A stretch of DNA of 64,000 nucleotides, taken from contig OZ223518.1 of NCBI GenBank assembly GCA_965140785.1, forward strand, positions 64,001 to 128,000, read 5' to 3'. Below, piece by piece: positions 48,808 through 57,557 of the stretch. Numbering within the stretch: the stretch's first letter is position 1; each line of letters starts with the position of its first letter. This DNA comes from an uncultured Ruficoccus sp. (GTDB taxonomy: Bacteria; Verrucomicrobiota; Verrucomicrobiia; Opitutales; Cerasicoccaceae). The notes beneath the pieces were generated by a model, which ran no database searches, was not told the origin of the DNA, and worked only from the letters and a program-made list of their open reading frames with translations. Position numbers and translations under genes: made by a program.

Positions 48808-50835
48808 ATGCAGTTTGTGGGGGAAATCTCCCCTTGTCAGAGGTTGATCCAGATGCTAGGATGTTATGCTGTGGAGATTCATGAAAAAATACGGAAATCC
48901 GCACGCTTAATTGACAAGCCCACGTTCTTCGGAGCACTGGGGCTGCTGCTGGCTGCGACGCTGCCGCTGGCGTTCTGGCCGACACAGGGCGAGCGCTGGG
49001 TCGCCGTCGCCCGGGCCTTCATGGTCGATGAGGTCGGGTTTGGCTATCTGGTCCTGGGCCTGGGAGCTTTTCTGTTCATGCTGTTCATTGTTTTCAGCAA
49101 GATCGGGCAGATCAAGCTGGGGGACCCGGATGAGGAGCCGGAGTTTGCCACCGGCTCGTGGGCGGCGATGCTGTTTTGCGGGGGGATCGGCGCGAGTATT
49201 CTTTACTGGGGAATCATCGAATGGGCTTACTACTTTACCAATCCTCCCTTTGGCGCGGAGCCGGGGAGCGAGGAGGCGGTCAGTTGGGCCACGGCCTACG
49301 GGATGTTTCACTGGGGGCCAATCGCCTGGGCGATATATCTGATCCCGGCGTTGCCGATCGCGTATTTTTATTATGTGCGTGACCGTCCGGTGCTGAAAGT
49401 CTCGGCGGCCGTCGCACCGGTCATCGGTGACAAGTGGGCCGAAGGCTGGCCCGGGAAAGTGATCGATATTCTTTTCATTTTCGGCCTGCTCGGCGGGGCG
49501 GCGACGACGCTCGGGCTGGCCGCCCCGATGATCTCGCAGGGGATGCACGAGTTGTTCGGGCTGCCGATGTCCAATTTCATGCAGATCATGTCACTGCTGG
49601 GCTGTACGGTGGTCTTTGCCATCTCCTCCTATGTGGGACTGGAGAAAGGGCTGAAGCTGCTCAGTAACATCAATCTGTGGCTGGCGGTGGCGCTGCTGGC
49701 CTTTGTGCTGATTGTCGGGCCGACGATGTTCATGCTGGAGACGGGGCTCTCCTCGCTGGGGCGGATGATGAACAACTTTTTCACCATGGCCACCTACACC
49801 GAGTCCTTCGGGGGCCTGGCCGGGTTCAGCAAGTCGCACTTCCCGCAGGACTGGACGATCTTCTACTGGGCGTGGTGGCTGGTGTTTGCTCCGAGCATGG
49901 GGCTTTTCATCGCCCGCATCTCTCGCGGGCGCACCATTCGCGAGATGGTGGTCGGCTCGATCTGCTTCGGCTCGGCGGGGTGCTTCCTGTTTTTCATCGT
50001 GCTGGGTAACTACGGTCTGCACCTGCAACTGAGCGGGGAGTTGGACATTGTGGCGATTCTTCAAAACGAGAACGCCTTTACCGCGATCTTCGCGGTGCTC
50101 GATACTTTGCCGTTCAAATGGGTGGTCGTGCTGGCTTTTACCGTGCTGGCGGTGCTCTTTACCGCGACGAGCTTCGACTCTATCTCGTATATCCTGGCCT
50201 CGGTCGTGCAGAAAAACGTCTCGGACGAGCCGATGGCGTGGAACCGGCTGTTCTGGGCCTTCGCGCTGACCTTCATGCCGACGGTGCTGCTCCTGCTCGG
50301 CGGTCTGGAAACGCTCCAGACCGCGGCCATTGTGGGCGGGCTCCCGTTGCTGGCCATTACCGTCATGCTCTCGATCTCGACCCTGCGTGTGGCGCGGCTG
50401 GACCTGATGCTGCACCCGGACTACACCGAACCGGTTATCAACATCGAGAATATCCCCGAGGTCGATCCTTGGTCCCCCGCCGGACGCGCGCTGAAGGACT
50501 TCGAGAGCAAAAAAGCAGAGCTCCAGCAGGCGATCAAGGACGAGTACGAGTGCAAGAACGCGCTGCGCACCTTCAAGGAGCACCTGCGGCAGCACAACGC
50601 TTTCCGTGCCTTCCACCTGCGGGGGAACCAGACTCTGGACGTGATCCGGCTGGAGCGTCTCCAAGAGTTGGAGAAGGCCGCCAATGACGCCGCCGATCGC
50701 CGCACTCAGGCCGTGCGCGCCACCCAGCAGGCACGCGCAAGCTTCGACCGCGCCGTGGTCGAAAAAGAAGAGGCTAAACAGAAAAAGCATGACACCGACG
50801 ACGGCGACACGAAGAATAGCACGCCTTCCGTTTGA
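48808..50835 (+). CDS. BCCT family transporter with long C-terminal extension
   Basis: SWAAMLFCGGIG, FHWG, WTIFYWAWW, FIARISRGRTIRE; start uncertain. Confidence 0.92.
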   Translation: MQFVGEISPCQRLIQMLGCYAVEIHEKIRKSARLIDKPTFFGALGLLLAATLPLAFWPTQGERWVAVARAFMVDEVGFGYLVLGLGAFLFMLFIVFSKIGQIKLGDPDEEPEFATGSWAAMLFCGGIGASILYWGIIEWAYYFTNPPFGAEPGSEEAVSWATAYGMFHWGPIAWAIYLIPALPIAYFYYVRDRPVLKVSAAVAPVIGDKWAEGWPGKVIDILFIFGLLGGAATTLGLAAPMISQGMHELFGLPMSNFMQIMSLLGCTVVFAISSYVGLEKGLKLLSNINLWLAVALLAFVLIVGPTMFMLETGLSSLGRMMNNFFTMATYTESFGGLAGFSKSHFPQDWTIFYWAWWLVFAPSMGLFIARISRGRTIREMVVGSICFGSAGCFLFFIVLGNYGLHLQLSGELDIVAILQNENAFTAIFAVLDTLPFKWVVVLAFTVLAVLFTATSFDSISYILASVVQKNVSDEPMAWNRLFWAFALTFMPTVLLLLGGLETLQTAAIVGGLPLLAITVMLSISTLRVARLDLMLHPDYTEPVINIENIPEVDPWSPAGRALKDFESKKAELQQAIKDEYECKNALRTFKEHLRQHNAFRAFHLRGNQTLDVIRLERLQELEKAANDAADRRTQAVRATQQARASFDRAVVEKEEAKQKKHDTDDGDTKNSTPSV

Positions 50836-50838
50836 GCC

Positions 50839-51609
50839 ATGATCAACCTCAGGAGCCTTCCGCAGTTTTTTGCTTTACTGGCGACTATTCCCTGCTGCCT
50901 GCTGGCCGAATCGCCCGCGCCGAAGAGCCGGGCCGAGATGCTGGGGATCGCCCACCTGCCGAAGGTGGAGGTCTCAGTGGCCATCTACGAGGTCAAAGGC
51001 GAGCCGGTCGACACGCTGGAGCCGTTCGATCTGGAGGCTTTGCAAGAACTGGTGAAGGAGAGCTGGGCGCTGGCGAGCGTGGAAGCAAAGAAGCTGGATA
51101 AGGGGCACGGTGTTTTTTATTCGACCAAGGATGTGCTGAAAGGGGGGGCGTGGGTGCTTTCGGCCCCAACGGTCTTGGTGGTGGCGAGCAAACGCGAGGG
51201 GTGGCGTGCGGCAACGATGAGTGCGATGCAGGAGCTTTACGCCGACAGCCAGGGAACCGTATCCGATCCGGAAACCTACACCGGCGAGGAGGAACTGCGC
51301 AAATTATTGAACGGGGTCGAGACAACCCTGCAGGTCTGGCAGGATGCGCCCACCGGCGACCTGGTGGTCGAGGTCCACGCGACCGTTTCGACCTTTGAAG
51401 GCTTCCTGGATATCCAGGTGGCGGAGCCGGACGGCAGCAGCACGCCCGTTAAAATCCCGCTCGTTGACACCACGAATTGCGATGGCGTTGTTACGTTGAA
51501 AGATGGCGAGACGAAAGTCTTCACCTGGCGCGAAAACATGACCGAGCAGGGCAAGTCCCTGATCGTTGCTACCGTGACTGCAACGATCAAGGGAAAGCGC
51601 GGCGACTAG
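50839..51609 (+). CDS. Secreted protein with weak secretin-C-terminal-like motifs
   Basis: Signal peptide; LSAPTVLV, FEGF, VTLKDGET. Confidence 0.5.
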   Translation: MINLRSLPQFFALLATIPCCLLAESPAPKSRAEMLGIAHLPKVEVSVAIYEVKGEPVDTLEPFDLEALQELVKESWALASVEAKKLDKGHGVFYSTKDVLKGGAWVLSAPTVLVVASKREGWRAATMSAMQELYADSQGTVSDPETYTGEEELRKLLNGVETTLQVWQDAPTGDLVVEVHATVSTFEGFLDIQVAEPDGSSTPVKIPLVDTTNCDGVVTLKDGETKVFTWRENMTEQGKSLIVATVTATIKGKRGD

Positions 51610-51747
51610 ATCCTGCACCTGTGATGCTCTCACATCACTCATGCCCCCGCCAACGCGGCGGCATAGGCAACCGTGCTCGACTCCGACTCAAACGAACTTC
51701 GCCTGCGACACAGAGGTACAGGCGCAAAGCTTAGCGACTGGGACAGG

Positions 51748-51808
51748 GGAGAGGCCTTTCTGGCTCCGTAGGGGCGAAGCCCCTCCTTGCCAGCGGGTGC
51801 AACCCGCA
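51748..51808. repeat. REP-like three-hairpin element at the pheT stop
   Basis: ggcctttctggctccgtaggggcgaagcccctccttgccagcgggtgcaacccgc. Confidence 0.8.
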
Positions 51809-54229
51809 CTAGCTGCGCAGGGTGTAGCCCATGTCCTTCATGGCGGCCTGGATGGCGTCGAAGGCGGTGGCGACTTCCTTGTCCTTGAGGGTGCGGTCAG
51901 GGGCGCGGAAGCTGATGGCGAAGGCCAGGCTCTTCTTGCCCTCGGGCAGGCCCTGCCCGGCGTAGAGGTCGAAGGCCTCGACACCCTCGCAGGCGAACTC
52001 CTTGCCCACGGCCTTGCTGGCGGCCTTGAGCAGGTCGCGCCGGACGGTCTCGGCGGTGGTGGCGGCATCGACGACGAGCGCGAGGTCCTTGGTCGAGGGC
52101 GGGAAGCTGCTGAAGGGGCTCAGGCGAACGGCCTTGCCGGTTTTTTTTGCCAAAAACTCGGGCAGGAGAATCAGCTCGCCGGCCAGGACGAGGGTGTCGA
52201 TGTCCCAGTCCTTGGTGGCGTCCACACTGACCAGCCCGGCGAAGGCCTTGTAGCCGTTTTTCTTCCAGCAGGCGGCACGGGCGGCGTGGCCGCTCTGCCA
52301 GAAGGGCTCGTCCTCGAAAAGTTTATAGTCGAGCTTCTGGGGCTTGATCCCGGCCAGGGTGGCTAGCTCGGCGAGGAGCTTTTTGGCGGTAAAGAAGTCC
52401 GGCGCTTCGCGTTCGCGCCAGCGGCGGTGTCCGTCGTCCACGGCGATGACAAAGCCCACACTGGCCAGCTCCCAGAGCTTGCCCCCGACGGCGCGGAAGA
52501 CGCGCCCGGTCTCGCAGAGGCGGGCCGGGTGGTTGCCGTTGTTGGCGTTCAGGCGCAGGGCGTCGAGCAGGCCGGGAATGAGCGAGGCTCGCAGGTGGCT
52601 CTGCTCGGCTGTGAGCGGGTTGTCGAGCTGGAGGGCGTCGGCGCGTTCGGGGCCAAACCACTTGGCCAGGCGGGTGCCGTCGGTCAAGGTGTAGTGCGAG
52701 CACTCGGCGAAATTCTCCCCGGCGAGCTTCTGGACGGCGTGGCGGTTGAAGAGGGCCAGCGGGTCGTCCTCGCGGGTGAGGCCGGTGGCCTTGACACGGG
52801 CCTCGGGGATCTTCGGGGTGCCGTGCAGGCGGATGAACTCCTCCACCAGGTCGATCGGGCGGTCCACCTCGGGCCGGAACGACGGCACGAGCACGCTCCA
52901 CTGGTAGGAACCCCGGTCCACGCGGAAGCCCAGGCGGGTGAAGGTCTCGGCGATGGCCTCGTCCTCCACGCCGAAGCCGCAGACGCGGCGCACGTAGTCG
53001 GGGTTGATGTTGATGGTGCGGTCGCCACGGGGCGCCTTGCCCACGGTGATGCATTTGCCGGCGACTTCGCCTCCGGCCACTTGCAGGATGAGGTCGATGG
53101 CGCGGCGGGCGGCGAAGTCCACCCCGACCGGATCGACATCGCGGCTGAAGCGGTGCGAGCTATCGGAAAAGAGGTTGAGCGCGCGTGAGGTGGCGCGGAT
53201 GGAGCCGGGGCGGAAGTACGCGCTCTCCAGCACAATGTCCACCGTGGCGGAATCCACCTCGGCATCGAGGCTGCCCATGACCCCGGCCACGACGAGCGGG
53301 CGCTCGGCGTCGGCGATGACCATCATGGACGGCGTCAGCTTGCGCTTGTGCTCGTCGAGGGTGACGATCTGCTCGCCCTCGGCGGCCTGGCGGACGACGA
53401 GTTTGCCGCCCTTGATCTTTTGCGCGTCAAAGGCGTGCAGGGGCTGGCCGGTCTCCATCAGGACGTAGTTGGTCACGTCCACCACGTTGTTGATCGGGCG
53501 CAGGCCGACGGCTTCCAGTGCTTCCTTGAGCCAGTCGGGGGAGGGGGCGATTTTTACGCCCTTGATACTGGTGGCGGTGTAAAGGGGGCAGTCGGGCGTC
53601 TCGACCTCGACGGCGCTGATCAGGCCCTCGCCGTCGCCGGGGTGCTGCTTGACCTTGGGCAGGCGCAGCTCCTGGCCGAAGATGGCGGCGAGCTCGCGGG
53701 CCACGCCGATGTGGCTGAGGCAGTCGCCGCGGTTGGCGGTCAGCTCCAGCTCGATCACGGTATCCCCGCCGGGGAAAACGTCGTTGATCGGCGTGCCGAT
53801 TTCGGGGCGCTGCTCCAGAATGAGCAGGCCAGAGTGGTCCTCGCCCATGCCCAGCTCCTTGGCCGAGCACATCATGCCGTGCGATTCGACGCCGCGCAGC
53901 TTGCTTTTCTTGATCTTGAAATCGCCGGGCAGGACGCAGCCGGGCAGGGCCACGGGCACGCGGTCGCCGACTTTGTAGTTGGTTGCGCCGCAGACGATCT
54001 GGCGCGGCTCGCCGTCGTCCACCTTGACCTGACAGACGCCGAGGCGGTCGGCATCCGGGTGCTGCTCGCGGGAGAGAATCTCGCCCACGACAAGGTTTTC
54101 AAAGGTGGGCATGGCGGTGGACTCCACGTCTTCGACCTCAAGCCCGACCATGGGGAGGGCTTCGGTCAGTTCGTCCGCGCTCACGTCGAGATCGACGTAG
54201 TTCTTGAGCCAGTTGAGGGAAATTTTCAT
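51809..54229 (-). CDS. pheT: Phenylalanyl-tRNA synthetase beta subunit
   Basis: MKISLNWL, HPDADRL, IVCGATN, NRGDCLS, INNVVDVTNY, FDLYAG. Confidence 0.97.
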   Translation of the reverse strand: MKISLNWLKNYVDLDVSADELTEALPMVGLEVEDVESTAMPTFENLVVGEILSREQHPDADRLGVCQVKVDDGEPRQIVCGATNYKVGDRVPVALPGCVLPGDFKIKKSKLRGVESHGMMCSAKELGMGEDHSGLLILEQRPEIGTPINDVFPGGDTVIELELTANRGDCLSHIGVARELAAIFGQELRLPKVKQHPGDGEGLISAVEVETPDCPLYTATSIKGVKIAPSPDWLKEALEAVGLRPINNVVDVTNYVLMETGQPLHAFDAQKIKGGKLVVRQAAEGEQIVTLDEHKRKLTPSMMVIADAERPLVVAGVMGSLDAEVDSATVDIVLESAYFRPGSIRATSRALNLFSDSSHRFSRDVDPVGVDFAARRAIDLILQVAGGEVAGKCITVGKAPRGDRTININPDYVRRVCGFGVEDEAIAETFTRLGFRVDRGSYQWSVLVPSFRPEVDRPIDLVEEFIRLHGTPKIPEARVKATGLTREDDPLALFNRHAVQKLAGENFAECSHYTLTDGTRLAKWFGPERADALQLDNPLTAEQSHLRASLIPGLLDALRLNANNGNHPARLCETGRVFRAVGGKLWELASVGFVIAVDDGHRRWREREAPDFFTAKKLLAELATLAGIKPQKLDYKLFEDEPFWQSGHAARAACWKKNGYKAFAGLVSVDATKDWDIDTLVLAGELILLPEFLAKKTGKAVRLSPFSSFPPSTKDLALVVDAATTAETVRRDLLKAASKAVGKEFACEGVEAFDLYAGQGLPEGKKSLAFAISFRAPDRTLKDKEVATAFDAIQAAMKDMGYTLRS

Positions 54230-54253
54230 CGGGAAATTTTTAATATTTTAATG

Positions 54254-54377
54254 GGTCACGAAGGACACAAAGAAGGCACGAAGAGCACGAAGTGGAGTGC
54301 CGGATCTATAGAGGTAAGTCCTATCCTTAATTAAAAATCTTTGTGTGCTTCGTGTCTCCTTCGTGATCTTTGTGACC
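54254..54377. repeat. Inverted ~9-mer tandem arms between pheS and pheT, empty
   Basis: ggtcacgaaggacacaaagaaggcacgaagagcacgaag versus ctttgtgtgcttcgtgtctccttcgtgatctttgtgacc. Confidence 0.85.
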
Positions 54378-54395
54378 TTCTTTATATCCTATAAG

Positions 54396-55436
54396 TCACG
54401 CGAACTGCTGGAGGAAGCGCAGGTCGTTCTGGTAAAAGTAGCGGATGTCGTCGATGCCGTGGACGATCATCGCGATGCGTTCGATGCCCATGCCGAAGGC
54501 GTAGCCGGTCCACTGCTCGGGGTCGTAGCCGACGGCCTTGAAGACGTTCGGGTCCACCATGCCACAGCCGCCCAGCTCGATCCACTGGTTGGAGAGTTTT
54601 CCTAAGTTGGGGGTCTTCATATCGAGTTCGAAGGAGGGCTCGGTGAAGGGGAAGAAGCTCGGGCGCAGGCGCACCTCCGAACCCTTGCCGAAGATCTCTG
54701 CCACGAAATAGTCGAGAATGGCCTTGAGGTCCACGATGGTGACGTTCTTGTCCACATAGAGCCCTTCCATCTGGTGGAAGTTCGCGCTGTGGGTGGCGTC
54801 GGTAGTGTCGCGGCGGAAGACACGGCCCGGCGAAATGATGCGCAGGGGCGGCTCCTCCTTCATCATGGTGCGAATCTGCACGGTGGAGGTGTGGGAGCGC
54901 AGCAGGTAGCGTTCGGAGCCGTGCTTGGAGACGTTGTCCACCTCGGCGGCCTCGGGCAGGAAGAGCGTGTCCTGGGCGTCGCGGGCGGGGTGGTCCTCGG
55001 GGGTGTTTAGCGCGTCAAAGCAGTACCACTCAGTTTCGACCTCAGGCCCCTCGGCCACGGTGAAGCCGACCTTGCGGAAGGCCTGCTCCATGCGGCGGCG
55101 CGTCTGGGTGAGCGGGTGCAGGCTGCCGGTGGCGGTGTCGGGGCAGGGGAGTGTCGGGTCGATGGGCGGGCCGAGCTTTTCGGCGGTTTCAGCGGCCTCG
55201 ATGCGCGCCAGTGCGTCGGTATAGAGGGCCTCAATCTGCTGTTTGGTGGCGTTGAGGAGCTTGCCCATGGCGGGCTTGTCTTCCTTAGGCACGTCTTTCA
55301 TGCCCTTCATGGCGGCGGTCAGCTTGCCGTTGGGGCCGGAGATGGTGGCCTTGAAACTCTCGAACGCGGCGCGCTTATCCAGCGCAGGCACGGCGCTCTC
55401 GACTTCGGTCACGATGGCTGCGAGTTGCTTTTGCAT
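54396..55436 (-). CDS. pheS: Phenylalanyl-tRNA synthetase alpha subunit
   Basis: HPARDAQDT, LRSHTS, FHQMEG, FPFTEPS, GYAFGMGIER. Confidence 0.97.
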   Translation of the reverse strand: MQKQLAAIVTEVESAVPALDKRAAFESFKATISGPNGKLTAAMKGMKDVPKEDKPAMGKLLNATKQQIEALYTDALARIEAAETAEKLGPPIDPTLPCPDTATGSLHPLTQTRRRMEQAFRKVGFTVAEGPEVETEWYCFDALNTPEDHPARDAQDTLFLPEAAEVDNVSKHGSERYLLRSHTSTVQIRTMMKEEPPLRIISPGRVFRRDTTDATHSANFHQMEGLYVDKNVTIVDLKAILDYFVAEIFGKGSEVRLRPSFFPFTEPSFELDMKTPNLGKLSNQWIELGGCGMVDPNVFKAVGYDPEQWTGYAFGMGIERIAMIVHGIDDIRYFYQNDLRFLQQFA

Positions 55437-55443
55437 GGGAAAG

Positions 55444-55602
55444 AAATGGTTTAATAGTTAAATGGTTGAATGGCTATTGGGGAAAATGGCGGAAGAGGTA
55501 ATTGCCGCGCTGGCATATAGGTGCGGGTTCATGGGGCTGGTTTTTCCGCCAGCCGCCGCGCTTGCTTACTAACCATTTAGCCATTCAGCCATTTGACCAT
55601 TT
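55444..55602. repeat. Inverted octamer tandem arms between rplT and pheS, empty
   Basis: aaatggtt taatagtt aaatggtt gaatggct versus aaccattt agccattc agccattt gaccattt. Confidence 0.85.
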
Positions 55603-55611
55603 TCAACCAAC

Positions 55612-55640
55612 AAAAAAGGCGGCCATGGTGAGGCCGCCTT
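55612..55640 (-). terminator. Terminator after rplT
   Basis: Minus strand reads aaggcggcc tcaccat ggccgcctt tttt. Confidence 0.75.
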
Positions 55641-55676
55641 CGGTAAATTTCAAGTGCGAGTTGCTGGGGACGCTTT

Positions 55677-56036
55677 TTAGGCGTTGACCGCGCCCTTGGC
55701 CTTTTCGACCAGAGCGGCGAAGGCGGCTTCGTCATGGATGGCGAGCTCGCTCAGGGCCTTGCGGTCCAGCTCGATACCGGCGGCTTTGATACCGGCCATA
55801 AATCGGCTGTAGGCAATGCCGTTCATGCGGCAGGCGGCATTGATGCGGATGATCCACAGCTGGCGGAACTCCGTCTTTTTCTTGCGGCGGTCACGGTAGG
55901 CGTAAACGCCGGCGTGCATGTTGGCGTCCTTGGCGTAGCGGAAGAGCCGGGACTTGTTACCGAAATAGCCCTTGGTGGACTTGAGGACGCGCTTGCGGCG
56001 TTCGCGCGAAGCGGGTGCGTTGGTTGCTCTAGGCAT
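55677..56036 (-). CDS. rplT: 50S ribosomal protein L20
   Basis: KGYFG, AYRDRRKKK, FRQLWIIRINAA, DRKALSELA. Confidence 0.97.
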   Translation of the reverse strand: MPRATNAPASRERRKRVLKSTKGYFGNKSRLFRYAKDANMHAGVYAYRDRRKKKTEFRQLWIIRINAACRMNGIAYSRFMAGIKAAGIELDRKALSELAIHDEAAFAALVEKAKGAVNA

Positions 56037-56120
56037 GTTGTATAACTTTCTGGATGTTTGGGAGCGGCAGGGTCGCCTGGTGGTTGTTCACCCTGTCCGG
56101 CTCAGTTATCAGTCAATCAC

Positions 56121-56321
56121 TTAGATGTTGTGATGCGGAAGGCCGACGCGGAGCTGCTTGACGTAGCCGGACGGGACGAGCTGGTCCTGACGGGCGGCAC
56201 GCTTTTGCTTGGAGCTCTTGTTGCGCAGGAGGTGGCGGTGGTTGGGCTTGCGACGCATAACCTTCCCGGTGCCGGTCACCTTGAAGCGCTTGGCCATTGC
56301 TTTGCGGGTTTTCTGACTCAT
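56121..56321 (-). CDS. rpmI: 50S ribosomal protein L35
   Basis: [30 protein letters not shown]. Confidence 0.95.
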   Translation of the reverse strand: MSQKTRKAMAKRFKVTGTGKVMRRKPNHRHLLRNKSSKQKRAARQDQLVPSGYVKQLRVGLPHHNI

Positions 56322-56530
56322 GATCTTGGGAAAAGCGGAGAAAACAAAGAGTTTTCGGGCTCTTGGCAAGGAGAAATGTATAAAAGTGGTCTGCCGGAAA
56401 GGATGTCCGGCTTGACCGCTCGGCTACCCCGGACGGGCGAAGCTTGCATTCCCGCACTTGATTCCGGCGCGGAATTTGCTATGTTAGTTGTGTGTCTTAA
56501 ATGACGCGAAAGGAGATTACAGATTCATAA

Positions 56531-56950
56531 ATGAGCGAAAATAAAGACTTTGGCGATGTAGTGGAGTTGATCCTGAAGGAGGACAGCCGCTTCGACAAGG
56601 GAGCGTATTACTTTGTCCGGCAGGGTCTCGACCACACCCTGCGCAACATGGACAACGACCAGGAGTCGGCACCCCGGCATGTCACCGGGCAGGAGCTGCT
56701 GGAGGGCATCCGCGACTTCGCGCACAACCAGTACGGGCCCATGGCCTACAGCCTGCTCGACCACTGGGGCATCCGCAAGTGCGACGACTTCGGCGAGATC
56801 GTTTTTAACCTCGTCGAGTACGGCGTGCTGGGCAAGACCGACAGCGACAAGAAGGAGGACTTCACCGGCGGCTACGACTTCCGCGAGGCCTTCCTCAAGC
56901 CCTACCTGCCCAAAAACTCCAAGGGCGAGCTCCATCCTGAGCAGAGCTGA
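56531..56950 (+). CDS. Minf_1886-type (PVC-specific) conserved protein
   Basis: D.RF...AY.FV..GL, HVTGQELLEG, WGI....DFGEIVFNLV. Confidence 0.8.
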   Translation: MSENKDFGDVVELILKEDSRFDKGAYYFVRQGLDHTLRNMDNDQESAPRHVTGQELLEGIRDFAHNQYGPMAYSLLDHWGIRKCDDFGEIVFNLVEYGVLGKTDSDKKEDFTGGYDFREAFLKPYLPKNSKGELHPEQS

Positions 56951-57016
56951 GGGGCGGGAGAGATTGAGCTGGGCGCGCAAAGCTCAGGGCCCGTTCGGGC
57001 TGGATGCCGGTCGCGC

Positions 57017-57112
57017 AAACCCATTCTGGGTTGGAAATACCCCCGCTAAATCGTGTTTGCCCCGAGTAGAGGAGCAACCCGGGGCTAGACTGTATAACCC
57101 CGTTGGGGTTAG
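57017..57112. repeat. Degenerate REP-like palindromes
   Basis: aaccc attct gggtt, caacccggggct, aacccc gtt ggggtt. Confidence 0.4.
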
Positions 57113-57308
57113 GCCGGTTTATATATCTAGTGTGGGCTCTGCGCTTCCAAGCTGCGAGCATCCAGAGCCATTTAAGAAAAATTATAGCCCCGAAAAGGCA
57201 CGAAGATTCACAAAAAAGTTTTGAAATGATCGGTGCCTTTCAGCGTTCAGTGATTTTATCCGTGTGCATCCGCGTTTCATCCGCGGCTACAATAAAAATT
57301 GAAACGCT

Positions 57309-57477
57309 CTAGGCAGTGTCTTCAAACCTCCGAAAACTTTCGTATTCTAATGCCTTTTTCGCCCAAAACACGTTTCCTCAGCTCGACAAATCTTGATTTG
57401 CCTCGCCTCGAAAGCCGTATTTTTGGCTGAAAAATTCAAGGCGACTCCTCGTTTCGAGGTTTGAAGACACTGCCTAG
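57309..57477. mobile_element. MITE-like element with perfect 22-bp terminal inverted repeats including CTAG ends
   Basis: ctaggcagtgtcttcaaacctc (57309-57330) and gaggtttgaagacactgcctag (57456-57477). Confidence 0.8.
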
Positions 57478-57557
57478 CCCCAACGGATTGGCCTTGGAAC
57501 AAAACCCGAGGGCGCGGGACGTAAGGTTCTGGCGCTGAGCGCGACACAAACACTCTT

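Noticed and set aside
55603..55626. pheM-like leader peptide MAAFFVG upstream of pheS
   Set aside because: The Phe codons are simply the U tract of the rplT terminator, and the ORF starts inside the hairpin, which is the wrong geometry for attenuation.
56322..56530. infC or an L20 leader upstream of rpmI
   Set aside because: Only a ~200-bp divergent promoter region is present, with no IF3 ORF or recognisable leader.
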